DNA from: Sporopachydermia quercuum
Lineage: Eukaryota
Reading direction: 5' to 3'
DNA: 64,000 nucleotides
Assembly (NCBI GenBank): GCA_001599295.1
Contig: BCGN01000004.1
Coordinates: forward strand, 1,675,676 to 1,739,675
Shown: positions 24,500 through 36,039 of the stretch, in pieces
Layout: the number at the start of each line of letters is the position of its first letter
Numbering within the stretch: the first letter of the stretch is position 1
Made by a program: the position numbers and the translations under genes
The notes under the pieces: model-generated
The model's database searches: none
The model's input: the letters and a program-made list of their open reading frames with translations, nothing else
Told to the model about the DNA's origin: nothing

Positions 24500-27400
24500 C
24501 TACCTTCTTCTATCACTTTTTAGTCTCTTNGAATATATTCTCATGACTGAATCATTATGTCTACGGTTATTGAAAATACCACTTTGAGTAGCTTTCATGA
24601 CTTTTAATCTTTCAAACCATTGCTTGAAACTATCCTCGGAAGCATCCCAGTGTTTAGCAATATTCAACGCCCAAAAAAACCTTTGCCTAGACCCTTGGTT
24701 TTGCCGTTCGCTTCGGTCTAGAAGTCCTTCAACTACTGCAACCGACATCCGCGAAGTTATCGGAAGACCCCGCTCCCGACACTCTTGTAGTAAAGTTCGG
24801 CATCGCAGCATCATTTGATTGGAATTCAGCACGGGAGATCTACTGAAACCAACAATTAGAGCCTCAATAGCCTTTCGGCTCAGTCTCGGAGTTCGAAACT
24901 CTTCAGACATTTCCGCCAACTGTCTAAACATATGCCGAGCAAGTTTTGGATAATTTATTGCACATTGAAATATAACTCGGATATATAGCTTTTTCTTCCA
25001 TGAATACTCCGGTAACTGAACAAGTAACTGATAAGCCGTAACTATCTGTCCTTTGGCTAGTAATTCCCCCACTGTCAGACCAATAATCGTTTGAACAGCC
25101 GGGGAAGATTCAAATGTCGATACAAACATGAAAATCGGTCTCAGGATTGGTAAATTGGCTTTCTTAGCTATCGCTGGGATTACGTAATCAAAAGACTTAT
25201 CACCGCCATCAGCAGGAAGATCACCATGATAATGACTGTTGGACTGTTTGCTGAATACTGTTGATTGCCGATTAGTAGTCTTTTTGTTGATTACTTTGTC
25301 TATGACGTTTGATAGTTGTTTAATGATTGTTCGTGATGAATATGCTATTTTNTTTTTTCTATCAGGACTAGTATTAGGATCAGTATGCTCAGCAGAATCA
25401 TCGATANTACTATTAACCGTATCTATCTTTGATTTATCATACAGTAGCTTTAATCCACCAACAAGGATCTTCATTGAAGATTGATTTATCCATATTTCAG
25501 AAGANTGAAAATAGCTATTATTGTCGTTATCAACTAAAGGCCTTTGTAGAATGTCGACCTCCTGCAGCACTAATAATTCTAGGTCCTTTGGTGTTAGCTT
25601 TTTATTACTAATAATTAGAAGTCTTTCCAATGGATTGAGTGTTCCAATCGTTGGAACTATATTCTCTATCACATCATTAGGAAACTCTTTAAAGCAAGGT
25701 GAACGATCAACTGTATTAATGATAATCCATAGAATATGCTTTGGGAGTATTGTANGAACNGTGCCAGTACTAGTAGTATGATTATCATCAATGTTGCTAA
25801 TATAGTTCATGTTACTTNTCTTATTCTTATTNATGCTCTTACTCTCTTCTTCTTGCATTCTTAATAGCTCCGTCGTAACTGTTCGTAATAAATGGTACCT
25901 CCATCCTGATGGTAATGCTGTCAGATAGGCTGTCAATCCTGAAGTATCTAGCATTGTTTGATATATTTGATAAGAAAAGCTCATTGCCTGGGAATGACTA
26001 GTACTATTTTCATGATTGGTACTGGTTTCATGAGAACTCTGAGAGATCAGCTTTGGTTCGGCTGTGTTNTAATTGGCTTTCTGTTGTATTAGCTTGGATG
26101 CGTTTTCAGAAAATTCACCACCCAGCTCAAGAATTCCGTTGACGAGAATTTTAGTTGCCAAAGAGAAGCTTATGTTGGAGATAGCGTTGACAACGTATTT
26201 TATTACTTGGGGTTTTTTTGATTTCAATGCCCGTTGAAGTAATCTTCTTGCCGATGAGGATGATGAGCTTGACAAATCACCGACAAGTAAATTAATTGGA
26301 GAAGGAGTAGAATTGCTGTTAGGGCTTGNGATAGTGTTGCTCGTATTNGTAGAGACTTCAATGATGTCAATACTATTAGTATTTATACTACCACAATTAT
26401 TTGCATTTATATTGTTACTAGTACTATTAACACTTTTAATATTGCTGACACTAATATAATTATTAGTATCATTGTCATTAGTAATAATTTCACTAGTATT
26501 ATTTTCCCTAACCTTCTTCTTACTAGTAGCATCAACATCATCACCGATATTTCCAACAATACTCTCCAGATCCAGNAGAGTAGAAACAGCCAGTTTGTCA
26601 CTGTCAGATAAATTCAATACACCATCTGACATAATTCTCACTGCTGCATTATTTCTCTCGGAAACAGCTTTTTCATGTGGTACGCCCATTGGTAAAGCTA
26701 CTCTCACTAATCGTAATAATACATCACGCGTATCTTCATCAGGGCTTACTTTNATATTCTTCACACTTTCTATTACTTTAGAATATTCTCCTAAAGCCAT
26801 GAGCCTTTCTAATACACATAGCCTTAAAGATAAGGCAAAAGAAGGATCAGCGCACAATTTATTCGGAGGATTCTGAAATGCCAGATCNATTGCAGGAAAA
26901 CGGCTTTTCAGCCTCCCGTTGGTATCAAGTTCATGAGAACCTCCCGAATGATCATTATAATGCGATTGNATTAATTCATTGAGGGTTTTTCGATCCCGAG
27001 ATCTCATGATTTCATTCAACAAGGTACCATGAGTAATAATGCTACTGAAATGAGCTTTTATGCGGGTGTTGCCATGTGATAGATCTGCTTCGTTAAGCAA
27101 TTGTAGGACCACTCGAGCATCTGTGAACCTGAGGAAAGAGCGAATAATTTCATAAAATGCAATATTGTAGTTATCGTGCTGTTCGATCCAAGGTAGAATC
27201 TTTTTATTGAATGCAATCAAAATATCAGCAAATGATCCTGTTTCTATCATGCAAATGACAGCTTCTGCATATAAACGCTTAGATAAAAGAGCGTCCATCA
27301 GCTTTTCTCGGTAATAATCTGGGATCTCGGATGCTTCGGGTTCTAATGTTTTCTTGATCCATCGGAAATAATCAAATAGAACTCGTACTGGAGTTCTAAC

Positions 27401-27907
27401 TTGGGTTTCCGGATCAAGCAGATATAATAGTTTTTCTCTATGAGATTGAAATTTGGCTGCTGCTCTCGCCGATTCTCTGGGCAGTTGAAATGTTTCTTCT
27501 GTATTCATAATGTTCGTGATTGTACTGAGGGCTTTATTTCTTAGACTAATGAGATCATTTTTCGTGGCATTGAGGAAAGGAAGTAGTTCGAAAGGAACCC
27601 TACGCTTTCGTGCTTCTTTTTGTTGCATTTCCAATGTGCCTGAGTTATTGAAAAACGTGCCTAAACTAACTTCAGCTTGCGCTAGAGGTGTAGATAGTTT
27701 TCCTGATGTGATTACTTGCGATTTTGACTNAGGTTCTGTCTCTGACTGTGAATGTGACGGGAACAACGAGCTGGNGTTGATATTGCTTTTATTGTGATCT
27801 TTAGTATACAATAGTCTGAACTGGNGTCTGTTAAACCAGCTTTCGCATGTAACATGATAGCCAGGGAGCAGCCGTGCCGGTTTTATACTGCTATAGCGTA
27901 CAATCAT
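24500..27907 (-). CDS. 1135-aa protein of unknown function, probably mitochondrial and alpha-helical, with Asn/Ser-rich insertions
   Basis: Long uninterrupted ORF. Arg-rich, acid-poor N-terminus resembling a presequence. No family recognised. Confidence 0.75.
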   Translation of the reverse strand: MIVRYSSIKPARLLPGYHVTCESWFNRXQFRLLYTKDHNKSNINXSSLFPSHSQSETEPXSKSQVITSGKLSTPLAQAEVSLGTFFNNSGTLEMQQKEARKRRVPFELLPFLNATKNDLISLRNKALSTITNIMNTEETFQLPRESARAAAKFQSHREKLLYLLDPETQVRTPVRVLFDYFRWIKKTLEPEASEIPDYYREKLMDALLSKRLYAEAVICMIETGSFADILIAFNKKILPWIEQHDNYNIAFYEIIRSFLRFTDARVVLQLLNEADLSHGNTRIKAHFSSIITHGTLLNEIMRSRDRKTLNELXQSHYNDHSGGSHELDTNGRLKSRFPAXDLAFQNPPNKLCADPSFALSLRLCVLERLMALGEYSKVIESVKNXKVSPDEDTRDVLLRLVRVALPMGVPHEKAVSERNNAAVRIMSDGVLNLSDSDKLAVSTXLDLESIVGNIGDDVDATSKKKVRENNTSEIITNDNDTNNYISVSNIKSVNSTSNNINANNCGSINTNSIDIIEVSXNTSNTIXSPNSNSTPSPINLLVGDLSSSSSSSARRLLQRALKSKKPQVIKYVVNAISNISFSLATKILVNGILELGGEFSENASKLIQQKANXNTAEPKLISQSSHETSTNHENSTSHSQAMSFSYQIYQTMLDTSGLTAYLTALPSGWRYHLLRTVTTELLRMQEEESKSXNKNKXSNMNYISNIDDNHTTSTGXVXTILPKHILWIIINTVDRSPCFKEFPNDVIENIVPTIGTLNPLERLLIISNKKLTPKDLELLVLQEVDILQRPLVDNDNNSYFXSSEIWINQSSMKILVGGLKLLYDKSKIDTVNSXIDDSAEHTDPNTSPDRKXKIAYSSRTIIKQLSNVIDKVINKKTTNRQSTVFSKQSNSHYHGDLPADGGDKSFDYVIPAIAKKANLPILRPIFMFVSTFESSPAVQTIIGLTVGELLAKGQIVTAYQLLVQLPEYSWKKKLYIRVIFQCAINYPKLARHMFRQLAEMSEEFRTPRLSRKAIEALIVGFSRSPVLNSNQMMLRCRTLLQECRERGLPITSRMSVAVVEGLLDRSERQNQGSRQRFFWALNIAKHWDASEDSFKQWFERLKVMKATQSGIFNNRRHNDSVMRIYXKRLKSDRRR

Positions 27908-29396
27908 GTTTCAGGGTGTCGACGCTTGAGCTCTGAGAAGAAAAAATATAGAAATGCGACATGTGGACTGCTTGAAATGTATATGACTGTATAGATAGAT
28001 AAATATGCCTATTGGAGCAATTTGTAACTGATGTTCTATCAGAGAAACGGTTGAAAGTCAAAATCAAACTTTGATATTGACTGTAGTAAGTGCATGAGTT
28101 GGTGAACAAAACTTGAAAGCCAAATGTAAAAAAATATATGAGCTATTATGCAGATCTAAGATCGTTTATGCTATAATTCACTCAAAAAGATATGACGGAG
28201 CATGTCCAGTTCAACTTCTCAACTACACATAGTTGAATATCCCAAATCTGTCAAAACAGTCACAGTCTCTTTTCTCATATATAGCCAAAAAATACTCATT
28301 TGTATTTCATTAACAAACTGCTGATATATAATGTTGATTTGATGGTTATAGCGGTTAGAACACAACAGGAGTGAAATTTCTTCAGATGATAGGGAAGCAG
28401 GGATATAATGATTAGATAATCAGAAATTAAGAGTGCGCTTACGGTATTACGTGAACAGTTAAGAGATGAAACGTATTTGGAAATTATGGATATGATAGGA
28501 AAATATTGTCTCCGATATTTGAGTACATATTATTCAAGTTCTTCTATTGGGCGGCCTGGAGAGAAGATTTATGGCGTGAGAATCAAATAGGACATTAATT
28601 TGTCAGGAAAGTGATATAATAAACTAGAGACAGCGAAGGTAGGGAATTGAGTGAAGCGGAAACTTATAAATTTGAGTTTGATACTACTGATTTATTAAAT
28701 AGTCTATAGACAATTAAAGTGAAGATGGGTGAAATACTTGTGAAAGCTATATATATTCTACTCAAGTAACAGAGCGAATCTTGCCGACATCAAGATCGAT
28801 CCAAGGGGCACTCAGGAGATAAATACAAAGAGCCAATCAAGTCAGGGTGGTAAATGATTATATAGACAATGTCACATCAGAAGGAGGAACTACCTATGGT
28901 AGACGTTGAGCATATGCTCGAGAAAGAAACAATATTCTTTCTTCGTAATGAGTACAGCCTCAATAAAAACATTGTCAAAAGAGTAATCTATATTTTTCAT
29001 ACCCCCAGTCGTTTATATAGTAGATTTTCCATCCATAAGAAGATCAAAATGTCACTACTTCCACTACGAAATGTAAAGTTTGGGACAAATGTATAAACCT
29101 GCAAAATCCGCATATGCATGGAAATCGTCGGAAACGTTAAATGTATGGCTTTGTTTGCCTTTTCTATGCTTCTCCATCGAGAAGGCATCTTTTCCTTTCA
29201 GACAACGAGACAGAAAATGGTTAAAAAGTATTAATGATTACTCATTGTCTATCAAATTCGAGTGGGAAATTGTTTTTTTTTGATCTTTGACACTTTCTTT
29301 TGAAGATTTCCGTAGTTGAAATTAATCGACGTGAGCTTCTTCGACTTTTCATCGGTATAGTACCAACCGTAATCGACAAGTTTTTTCATAGGCACA

Positions 29397-30011
29397 ATGG
29401 TTATCGCAACAATCATTAGATCTGCTTCAAGAGTAGCCCCAAAAGCTGCTACTTTTAGAGCCGCCGCTGCCGTCAGACCTGTTTTGGCTCCTATGAAGAT
29501 CAACCAAAATTTTGTTAGAAACTACTCTGACCACGAAGAAACCTTCGAAGAATTCACCACTAGGTATGTTTTGGGGTGAAGCGACACAACAAGGGAAAGA
29601 ACAAATGATTGAACAAAGGAGAAGCGGTTAGATATACTAACATATATTTACTAGATTTGAGAAGGAGTTTGATGAAGCTTATGACTTGTTTGAAGTTCAA
29701 GTATGTATTATAAATTCGAGAATATGATAATTGATCTAATAACTATGGTATCTAGATACTAACTATCAATTCAGCGTGTTTTGAATAACTGTTTTTCTTA
29801 TGACCTTGTTCCAGCTCCCTCTGTAATCGAAAAGGCTTTAGTTGCCTGCAGAAGAGTTAACGACTACGCTACTGCCGTCAGAGTTTTCGAAGGATTGAAG
29901 TTCAAAGTTGAAAATGCTTCTCAATATCAAGCCTACCTTGATGAACTCGCCAGCATCAGAGAAGAACTAGGAATCACTTTGAAGGAAGAACTGTTCCCCG
30001 AGAAAAAGTAA
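29397..30011 (+). CDS. COX6: Cytochrome c oxidase subunit VI (Va family); exons 29397-29563, 29655-29700, 29775-30011
   Basis: Presequence followed by HEETFEEFTTRFEKEFDEAYDLFEVQRVLNNCFSYDLVPAPSVIEKAL. Both introns read GTATGT/TACTAAC/YAG. Confidence 0.96.
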
Positions 30012-30548
30012 ATAGATAGGTTTCATGCTTACTTCTATGCATTCATGAAGTTTTTATATCCTTTTGTTACATTAGTTTTGTCATGTGACCTGATCCGTTT
30101 CAATTTTACTTGTTGGAGAATCAATGTTCAAGATAGATACATCATTAATCAGTTGAACGGATTTCGATGTTGTTAATACGATGTTTATTGTTGTTTTGGG
30201 CTGTTCAAGCCTGTTTGCATATTTATGTAACTTTAAGATGAAAATGTTACATTAAGCAATTCAGATCTTATAAAACAGCATTTTAATTCACAGTGAGTAG
30301 ATTTGAAGCATTTCAAGGTGAATCAAATTCTTTTTTCTTGTTACCTGGTTCGTTTATTTCATATTTGTTCCTTTGAATTTCTACGACATCATATAGGGAG
30401 TTCCTCTATATGATACTCAAATTTATATTCTAAATAATGTACATCCAAATAAATGGGATCTACGTATACATTCGAAACATACAATAATAATTGGTGGTAG
30501 ATAAATCCTTTTCATTTATTAGTTAAATACATGCGTTAGTTCAGTCAA

Positions 30549-31051
30549 TCAGTCATCATAATCACCTTCATCATCGTCATCTTCATCATGCTCAATAAAA
30601 CTACCTCTCCGACTAGTTCCTTCGTCATTATCATAATCATCTTTATCACCACTTCGGACTCTACCTTCTTGTTCCTCTTGCGCTACTGATTCACATGCAT
30701 CGATCCAATCAGAATAGACATCTACAGCCGCTGAAAGAGCATTGATGGGTGTTTGGAAACTTTGCCCACAAATCTTACAATGTAGTAGTCCCACTCCTAA
30801 CCGTTTTTCTAATGTACAGCTAACGGCTTTCTCGTGGTTACAGAATAAACACGTAAACTGTGTGTCCAATTTCCTTGCAACCCTCTTCACGGGCTTTCTG
30901 CTTGACTTCTTCTTTTTACCCTGGAGAAATATAGTTAGCAATATGTTCTCATATCATAATTACTCATATAATAGAAGCTTCTCCCAAGTACTACCTAGTC
31001 CAAATAGAAACGTCTGTTTCTCGGCTTCAGTATTAATTCTCAACTTACCAT
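30549..31051 (-). CDS. ELF1: Transcription elongation factor Elf1; exon 1 is the ATG only (31051-31049), exon 2 is 30920-30549
   Basis: ATG|GTAAGT donor, TGCTAAC branch site, CAG acceptor at 30921. Protein [11 protein letters not shown]...[10 protein letters not shown]...[10 protein letters not shown]...[11 protein letters not shown] with an acidic tail. Confidence 0.95.
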
Positions 31052-31515
31052 CTTGCAAATGTCAATTCCAAAAGTATATACTTCTAATCTGTTAACATAT
31101 GCCAGATGTTCAATGTTCAATATGCAATTATCTTTCTTTTTCTCTACTCTGCTTCTCCTGTTATACATAGAAGGCTCTGTTCAACATCACTACATACATA
31201 TATACAGAGATCAGCTGGCTCTACAAATTTCAATTGTAAGAAATCAGGGGGGTATGCGTACTACTAGAATGTATGGGTGTACTTCTCATCATAGTCTTGT
31301 CTCATCTCAGGTACGCTCATGTTTCTGAATTATTATTTGGAGATTGAATAGGAGGAGATTGTGTAAGTAATATAAATGATTGTTAAAGGAGAGGACAGTT
31401 GATTCGAACAGATTATTGTTATTTTATTGTCTCTGCTTTGCTTTAATCCCTTCAATTTATTTAACAGTATCTAATTGGATAGGGACATTGGTTTACTGAT
31501 GGAATTTATACCACA

Positions 31516-32952
31516 ATGTTAGGAAGGGGATTTGGATTGGGCCTTGGTAAACCATTGGCACNATACTCGTTAAGAAAAGGCATTCTATCAAATGAGAGAC
31601 AAACAAGTGGAAAATTGATACAGAACTTTAATTGTGGGGCATTAAGGCCCTCGATGTTTCAAAACAGACCTCTCTCCACCAGGTACACCATTGGAGCTGC
31701 TTCTAGACCTGTTCTATCGTCAACGATAGTAGCTGCCCGCAATTGTTCTCTGTCTATCGTGACGCCTCATCGGTACATCAATAACAGTAAGATTAGGGTG
31801 CAATCACCCCTAGCTAGAAGACTACTAGGATTTTTGGTTCTGTTAATTAAGGCTATTTTGATTTTCTATTTTTCAGTCGTTTTGTTGTATCTATCAACTC
31901 TTGGTTACATGTGGTATCAATCGGAGAAGCTACAGTTTGTTTATCCATCTTACATTATGATTGTTAAGATTTTAGTAAGAGTTGGAGCTTATTTAGAAGA
32001 TGAACAGGGAAAACTACTTGAGCCAAGTGTCTGCTTTAAATCTGCTCTTGATGCCCTAGAAAACAGAAAGGATAAGCTTGATACTACTTATGATGCAGTT
32101 TCCTTCAAGCAGGAACTGATAAATTCTCATTCTAATGATATTGCATGGTTGGCAGGTTACAGCGATATCTTATGCAGAAACGGATTGTTATATCTAAAAT
32201 CAGCTGAAGAGGAAGAAAGGAAAAAGGGGTTTGAACTTCTAACATTAGCTCGTGCTATTCCTTATGGTGATGTTAGACTTAAAAGCAAAGCATCCATTGC
32301 TATAGCTGATGAAGCACTAGCCGGTGGAGATAAAGCCCAAGCAGAACGGCTATACAGGACAGCAGTTGGATATTTCATTCAAGTAAATGACTTCTTATCA
32401 GTTACTGGCAAGGGCAATAGAAAACTCACCAAGAATGACGGCTACTTTCCTGCGGAAGATTTTGCTCCTGAATTTGCCGATTTAGTTTTGCCAGATGGTT
32501 CCAATATCAATGCTGGATCTTTTAATGCTCTTAAGAAAATGGCTAGATTCTATGCAATTCAAAGGGATTTTACAAAATCTCTTCCCATATATCTATCTCT
32601 CTTACGTTTTGTTGAGAATTATAAGGACAATGAGCACGCTAAGTTTGAGATCAAACCATTCGATGAAGGCATGCTCCGATCTGACATAGCAGAGGTTTTA
32701 TGGGCTATGGGTAAACAAACAGAAGCTACAGCTTGGGCTCAAAGAGGATACAACATTTGCTATAATAACTCACGAAATAATATCGAGTGTGCTAAGTGTG
32801 CAATGGTTGCCGCAAATAATGCAAAAAATATGTTTAAAGCCATGGGATTGCTCAATCAGGCCGAACGCTGTGAAAAACTTAAGAGTCAAGTGATCATTCC
32901 TGCTGTGGAGTTATCTCCTTTTGATTTCTGGAGCTATCTTCTCAGAAACTAG
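31516..32952 (+). CDS. Putative mitochondrial membrane protein with one TM segment and TPR-like helical repeats (possibly Mgr3-like)
   Basis: Arg-rich presequence-like N-terminus, hydrophobic span LLGFLVLLIKAILIFYFSVVLLYL, TPR-like helices (AQAERLYRTAV, IAEVLWAMGKQTEATAWAQRG). The Mgr3 similarity is architectural inference only. Confidence 0.7.
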   Translation: MLGRGFGLGLGKPLAXYSLRKGILSNERQTSGKLIQNFNCGALRPSMFQNRPLSTRYTIGAASRPVLSSTIVAARNCSLSIVTPHRYINNSKIRVQSPLARRLLGFLVLLIKAILIFYFSVVLLYLSTLGYMWYQSEKLQFVYPSYIMIVKILVRVGAYLEDEQGKLLEPSVCFKSALDALENRKDKLDTTYDAVSFKQELINSHSNDIAWLAGYSDILCRNGLLYLKSAEEEERKKGFELLTLARAIPYGDVRLKSKASIAIADEALAGGDKAQAERLYRTAVGYFIQVNDFLSVTGKGNRKLTKNDGYFPAEDFAPEFADLVLPDGSNINAGSFNALKKMARFYAIQRDFTKSLPIYLSLLRFVENYKDNEHAKFEIKPFDEGMLRSDIAEVLWAMGKQTEATAWAQRGYNICYNNSRNNIECAKCAMVAANNAKNMFKAMGLLNQAERCEKLKSQVIIPAVELSPFDFWSYLLRN

Positions 32953-33397
32953 TTTGTAAATAGATGAATACTAAATAATTTGGTAGGAAAGCAAATAAAT
33001 GAATGAATGAATTGAGCTTGTTCACGTATGACTGCTTTTGCTTTTCTTTATTATGGATGATCGCATTATAGAAAACGCATTACCATTGTATCATATTAAT
33101 TTGTATATACCGTGTATACTGTGTTTTATCCTAATATCTAATCCTAATGCTCCTTTTATATAATTATATCCTTTTGACTACCTGCCAAACCATACCAAGG
33201 GAATTGAAACTGATAACTCTAGTTTCCCATTCCGTTGCACTTCGTTTCATTTTCATTTTCATAATTTAGATTTCTTTTTTGTTTCACTATACAATTGCTT
33301 TAGTTTTTCATTTCATATTGATTCATATTTTTTCTTCTCTTTTGATCATCATCCTAACAATTCAATGATATTAGTGAGAACTGCACACCATAACTTA

Positions 33398-34870
33398 TTA
33401 TCTGTTGAAACCAAACCAATGAGATTGCTCCGTCTTGTTCGAATCTGAAAACATCTTCTTACAGATTGGCTTGTCGGAAGAATTTAAAGATGGAACAAAA
33501 CTCAGACTCTTTGGGGAAGAACCGGTAACGGTTTTCGAACGTACAATTCTGGTAACATCTTGATCATGCTCTATATGCTTATCTAACGAGCCAAGAGATA
33601 TCGAAGAATTACGGAAAGAAAGAACTGGACTTTGATCTTCAGACGGGGTACTTGAGAGCAGGGGGAAAGCCTCTGATTTAGATGACGTTTGTTTGTTGAC
33701 GGTAGAATAGGCGAAAGAGTTGATTTCATTGTTTTGATATGTGTTATCTGTAGAGGCGGTCTTCTGAGAGGTGAAATGCTTACTGAATGCACCCTTGTTT
33801 TGCAATGGCTTAGGAGAATCAGGTAACAACAACACATCAGGTATTGATGAAGAAGAAGAAAATGGTGATGATAGAGCTGTCGATGCATTGGAAAATGTAG
33901 GAGCATATGAAGAAGTAGGCGATGGAATATCTGTTGATATTAGTGCATGATCAATTAATTTGATGCTATTATCTGTGATAGACATTTTGGTGCTGCTGGA
34001 GGCCTTATTACCCCAATTTCCTTCAGCAGACTTTAATTGGAACTTTGGAATATCTAAATGTGTTCTCGTTAATGAGTTTGATACGGATGAAGGAATACTT
34101 TGACGTTGCCATTCACCAAAAACACTATAATCCTTAGACTTTGTTAGAACTTCATTGTTTGGTTTTCGCACAAATAAGAAATTACTAGCAACAGGAATCT
34201 CAGAATAGAAAGGTTTCTGTTCGATAGCTCCAACAATAGCATTAACACCAGCTCCATGAGTGAGAACAATAACTGCATTTTCATTAACTTCCGAACCACT
34301 TGCCCTATTGAAATATTCCAGCAACTTCAAAATGCCAGAACTAAATCGACCGTGCAATTCATCCCAAGTTTCTCCTAATTTATTAGTCTCTCCAAATTCG
34401 TGAAGGTTCCAACTTGAGTCTATCCTTAAACCTTTTGATATATATCCTAAGTTATCTATTGACAAAAGCCATTTTATCGCTGATAGTAATAAAGAAGAAC
34501 AGTTATCATCAGGAGGTGAACTTCTGGACACGTAGTAATCAGGATTTGCCCATTCACTAAAAACAGCATCAAGCTTAATTGTAAGATTGATACCTGATCT
34601 CTTTTCTCCAGGTATTGTAAATATATCCATTAGCTTAATAGCGCAATAGAAAGCTGTCTGAACGCATCTCAGGAAAGGAGACGAATGAATAACAACATGT
34701 CTTATTCCTTTCTCTTTCAAAACAATTGCAATATTTTCTGCCAGTCTAAAACTCTCATTTTTACCTTTTTCCGATATTGGTGTATCGTATGGTGTAGGTG
34801 ATTGATAAACCCAGTCTGGATCATCGGTGTCCAGCCTTGATGCATGCCTAGCAACAAAAAGGGTATTCAT
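33398..34870 (-). CDS. Histidine phosphatase (phosphoglycerate mutase-like) family protein with a Ser-rich tail
   Basis: FVARHASRLD, SPTPYDTP, HSSPFLRCVQTA and VLTHGAG motifs. Confidence 0.88.
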   Translation of the reverse strand: MNTLFVARHASRLDTDDPDWVYQSPTPYDTPISEKGKNESFRLAENIAIVLKEKGIRHVVIHSSPFLRCVQTAFYCAIKLMDIFTIPGEKRSGINLTIKLDAVFSEWANPDYYVSRSSPPDDNCSSLLLSAIKWLLSIDNLGYISKGLRIDSSWNLHEFGETNKLGETWDELHGRFSSGILKLLEYFNRASGSEVNENAVIVLTHGAGVNAIVGAIEQKPFYSEIPVASNFLFVRKPNNEVLTKSKDYSVFGEWQRQSIPSSVSNSLTRTHLDIPKFQLKSAEGNWGNKASSSTKMSITDNSIKLIDHALISTDIPSPTSSYAPTFSNASTALSSPFSSSSSIPDVLLLPDSPKPLQNKGAFSKHFTSQKTASTDNTYQNNEINSFAYSTVNKQTSSKSEAFPLLSSTPSEDQSPVLSFRNSSISLGSLDKHIEHDQDVTRIVRSKTVTGSSPKSLSFVPSLNSSDKPICKKMFSDSNKTEQSHWFGFNR

Positions 34871-36039
34871 TGTTACGAATTAATCATTAAAAAAATCACC
34901 GATTTGAAATTCCTACTGTAATATATACATACTCTGAAAACAGAATAAATACAATAAACAGAATGCCCTGATTGTTAATTCTTTAATATTACCAGTAAAT
35001 ACAATAAAGACAGTCAGCGGAATTTGGCAAGGAAACAAGCAAACTAAACAATTTCTCTTTTATCTTCACTAGGCCAGTGACTATTTCCTCATTATCATAC
35101 TAGAAGTTTGTAACCATTCTACCTACAGAGAAGTCCTATCCTGTTTTATAGTAATTGTAGATCCATTAAAATCCTTTTCGTTAATACACAAATTATTATC
35201 ATCAGTTATTTTTTTAAACAGAAAGAGGAATAAACGTGAACTATTAAAACATGAAAGTCGATTCTACGGTTTTATTTTTAGTGGGATTATCTAGAACCTT
35301 AAATTGGGTAATAGCACATGAAAGTCTAAAGTCCGATGCAGGAACATGCAAGAATCTGTAAAAGTATGCATAGTAGTCTTTTTGGCCCAAGAAAGGGAAG
35401 AAAAGGGTTAGAATGCTCGTAAGTCAAGTTACATTAGTAGTTCTCTAGAGGAGGAGTAGAGGTGGAAAGTTTGATGGACCAAAAAATATAATAAAATACA
35501 ATAGCAGAATAGTTTTATTCATTCATTTTATGCTCACTTGTTGGATTGCTTGTTCGTTCTTATTACGTCTATATCTAACACGCCAATTTTGTGAGTCCAG
35601 ATCTTCAATCCCAATAAACACGCATGCATGCATAGAGTCGTGCATGAGAAAGACAGATTAGTAGTCAATGTCTTTCACCTTCCCGAAATCTAAGTTTAGG
35701 ATTATGAAAGATTTAGAGCCGATTGATCAATCGGATAACTGTACAAGAACTTTCACATGCTATTCTGTTGAGATGAGAATTGTCTACTTTCTGGGGCTTG
35801 CAGAGTAATTTAATCTGACAGAAAAGTCAAGTGTTGCGAAATGTGATATGGTTGATGAATAAAATAATGTAGAGAATATTATTTCTGATCGATAACTGTT
35901 TGTTTATCAAGGTGCCAACAAGATTTTTTGCTGATATAATTAACATCAGCTATCAAATGGTGAATTCGGTTAAACAATCTATTAGTGGTATCAGTGGCAG
36001 TAGAGGTTGATTACCTTTTTCTTAACTGTTACAAGTAGA

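Noticed and set aside
28869..29283. Short ORFs upstream of COX6
   Set aside because: Overlapping, short and without motifs; consistent with chance ORFs in promoter DNA.
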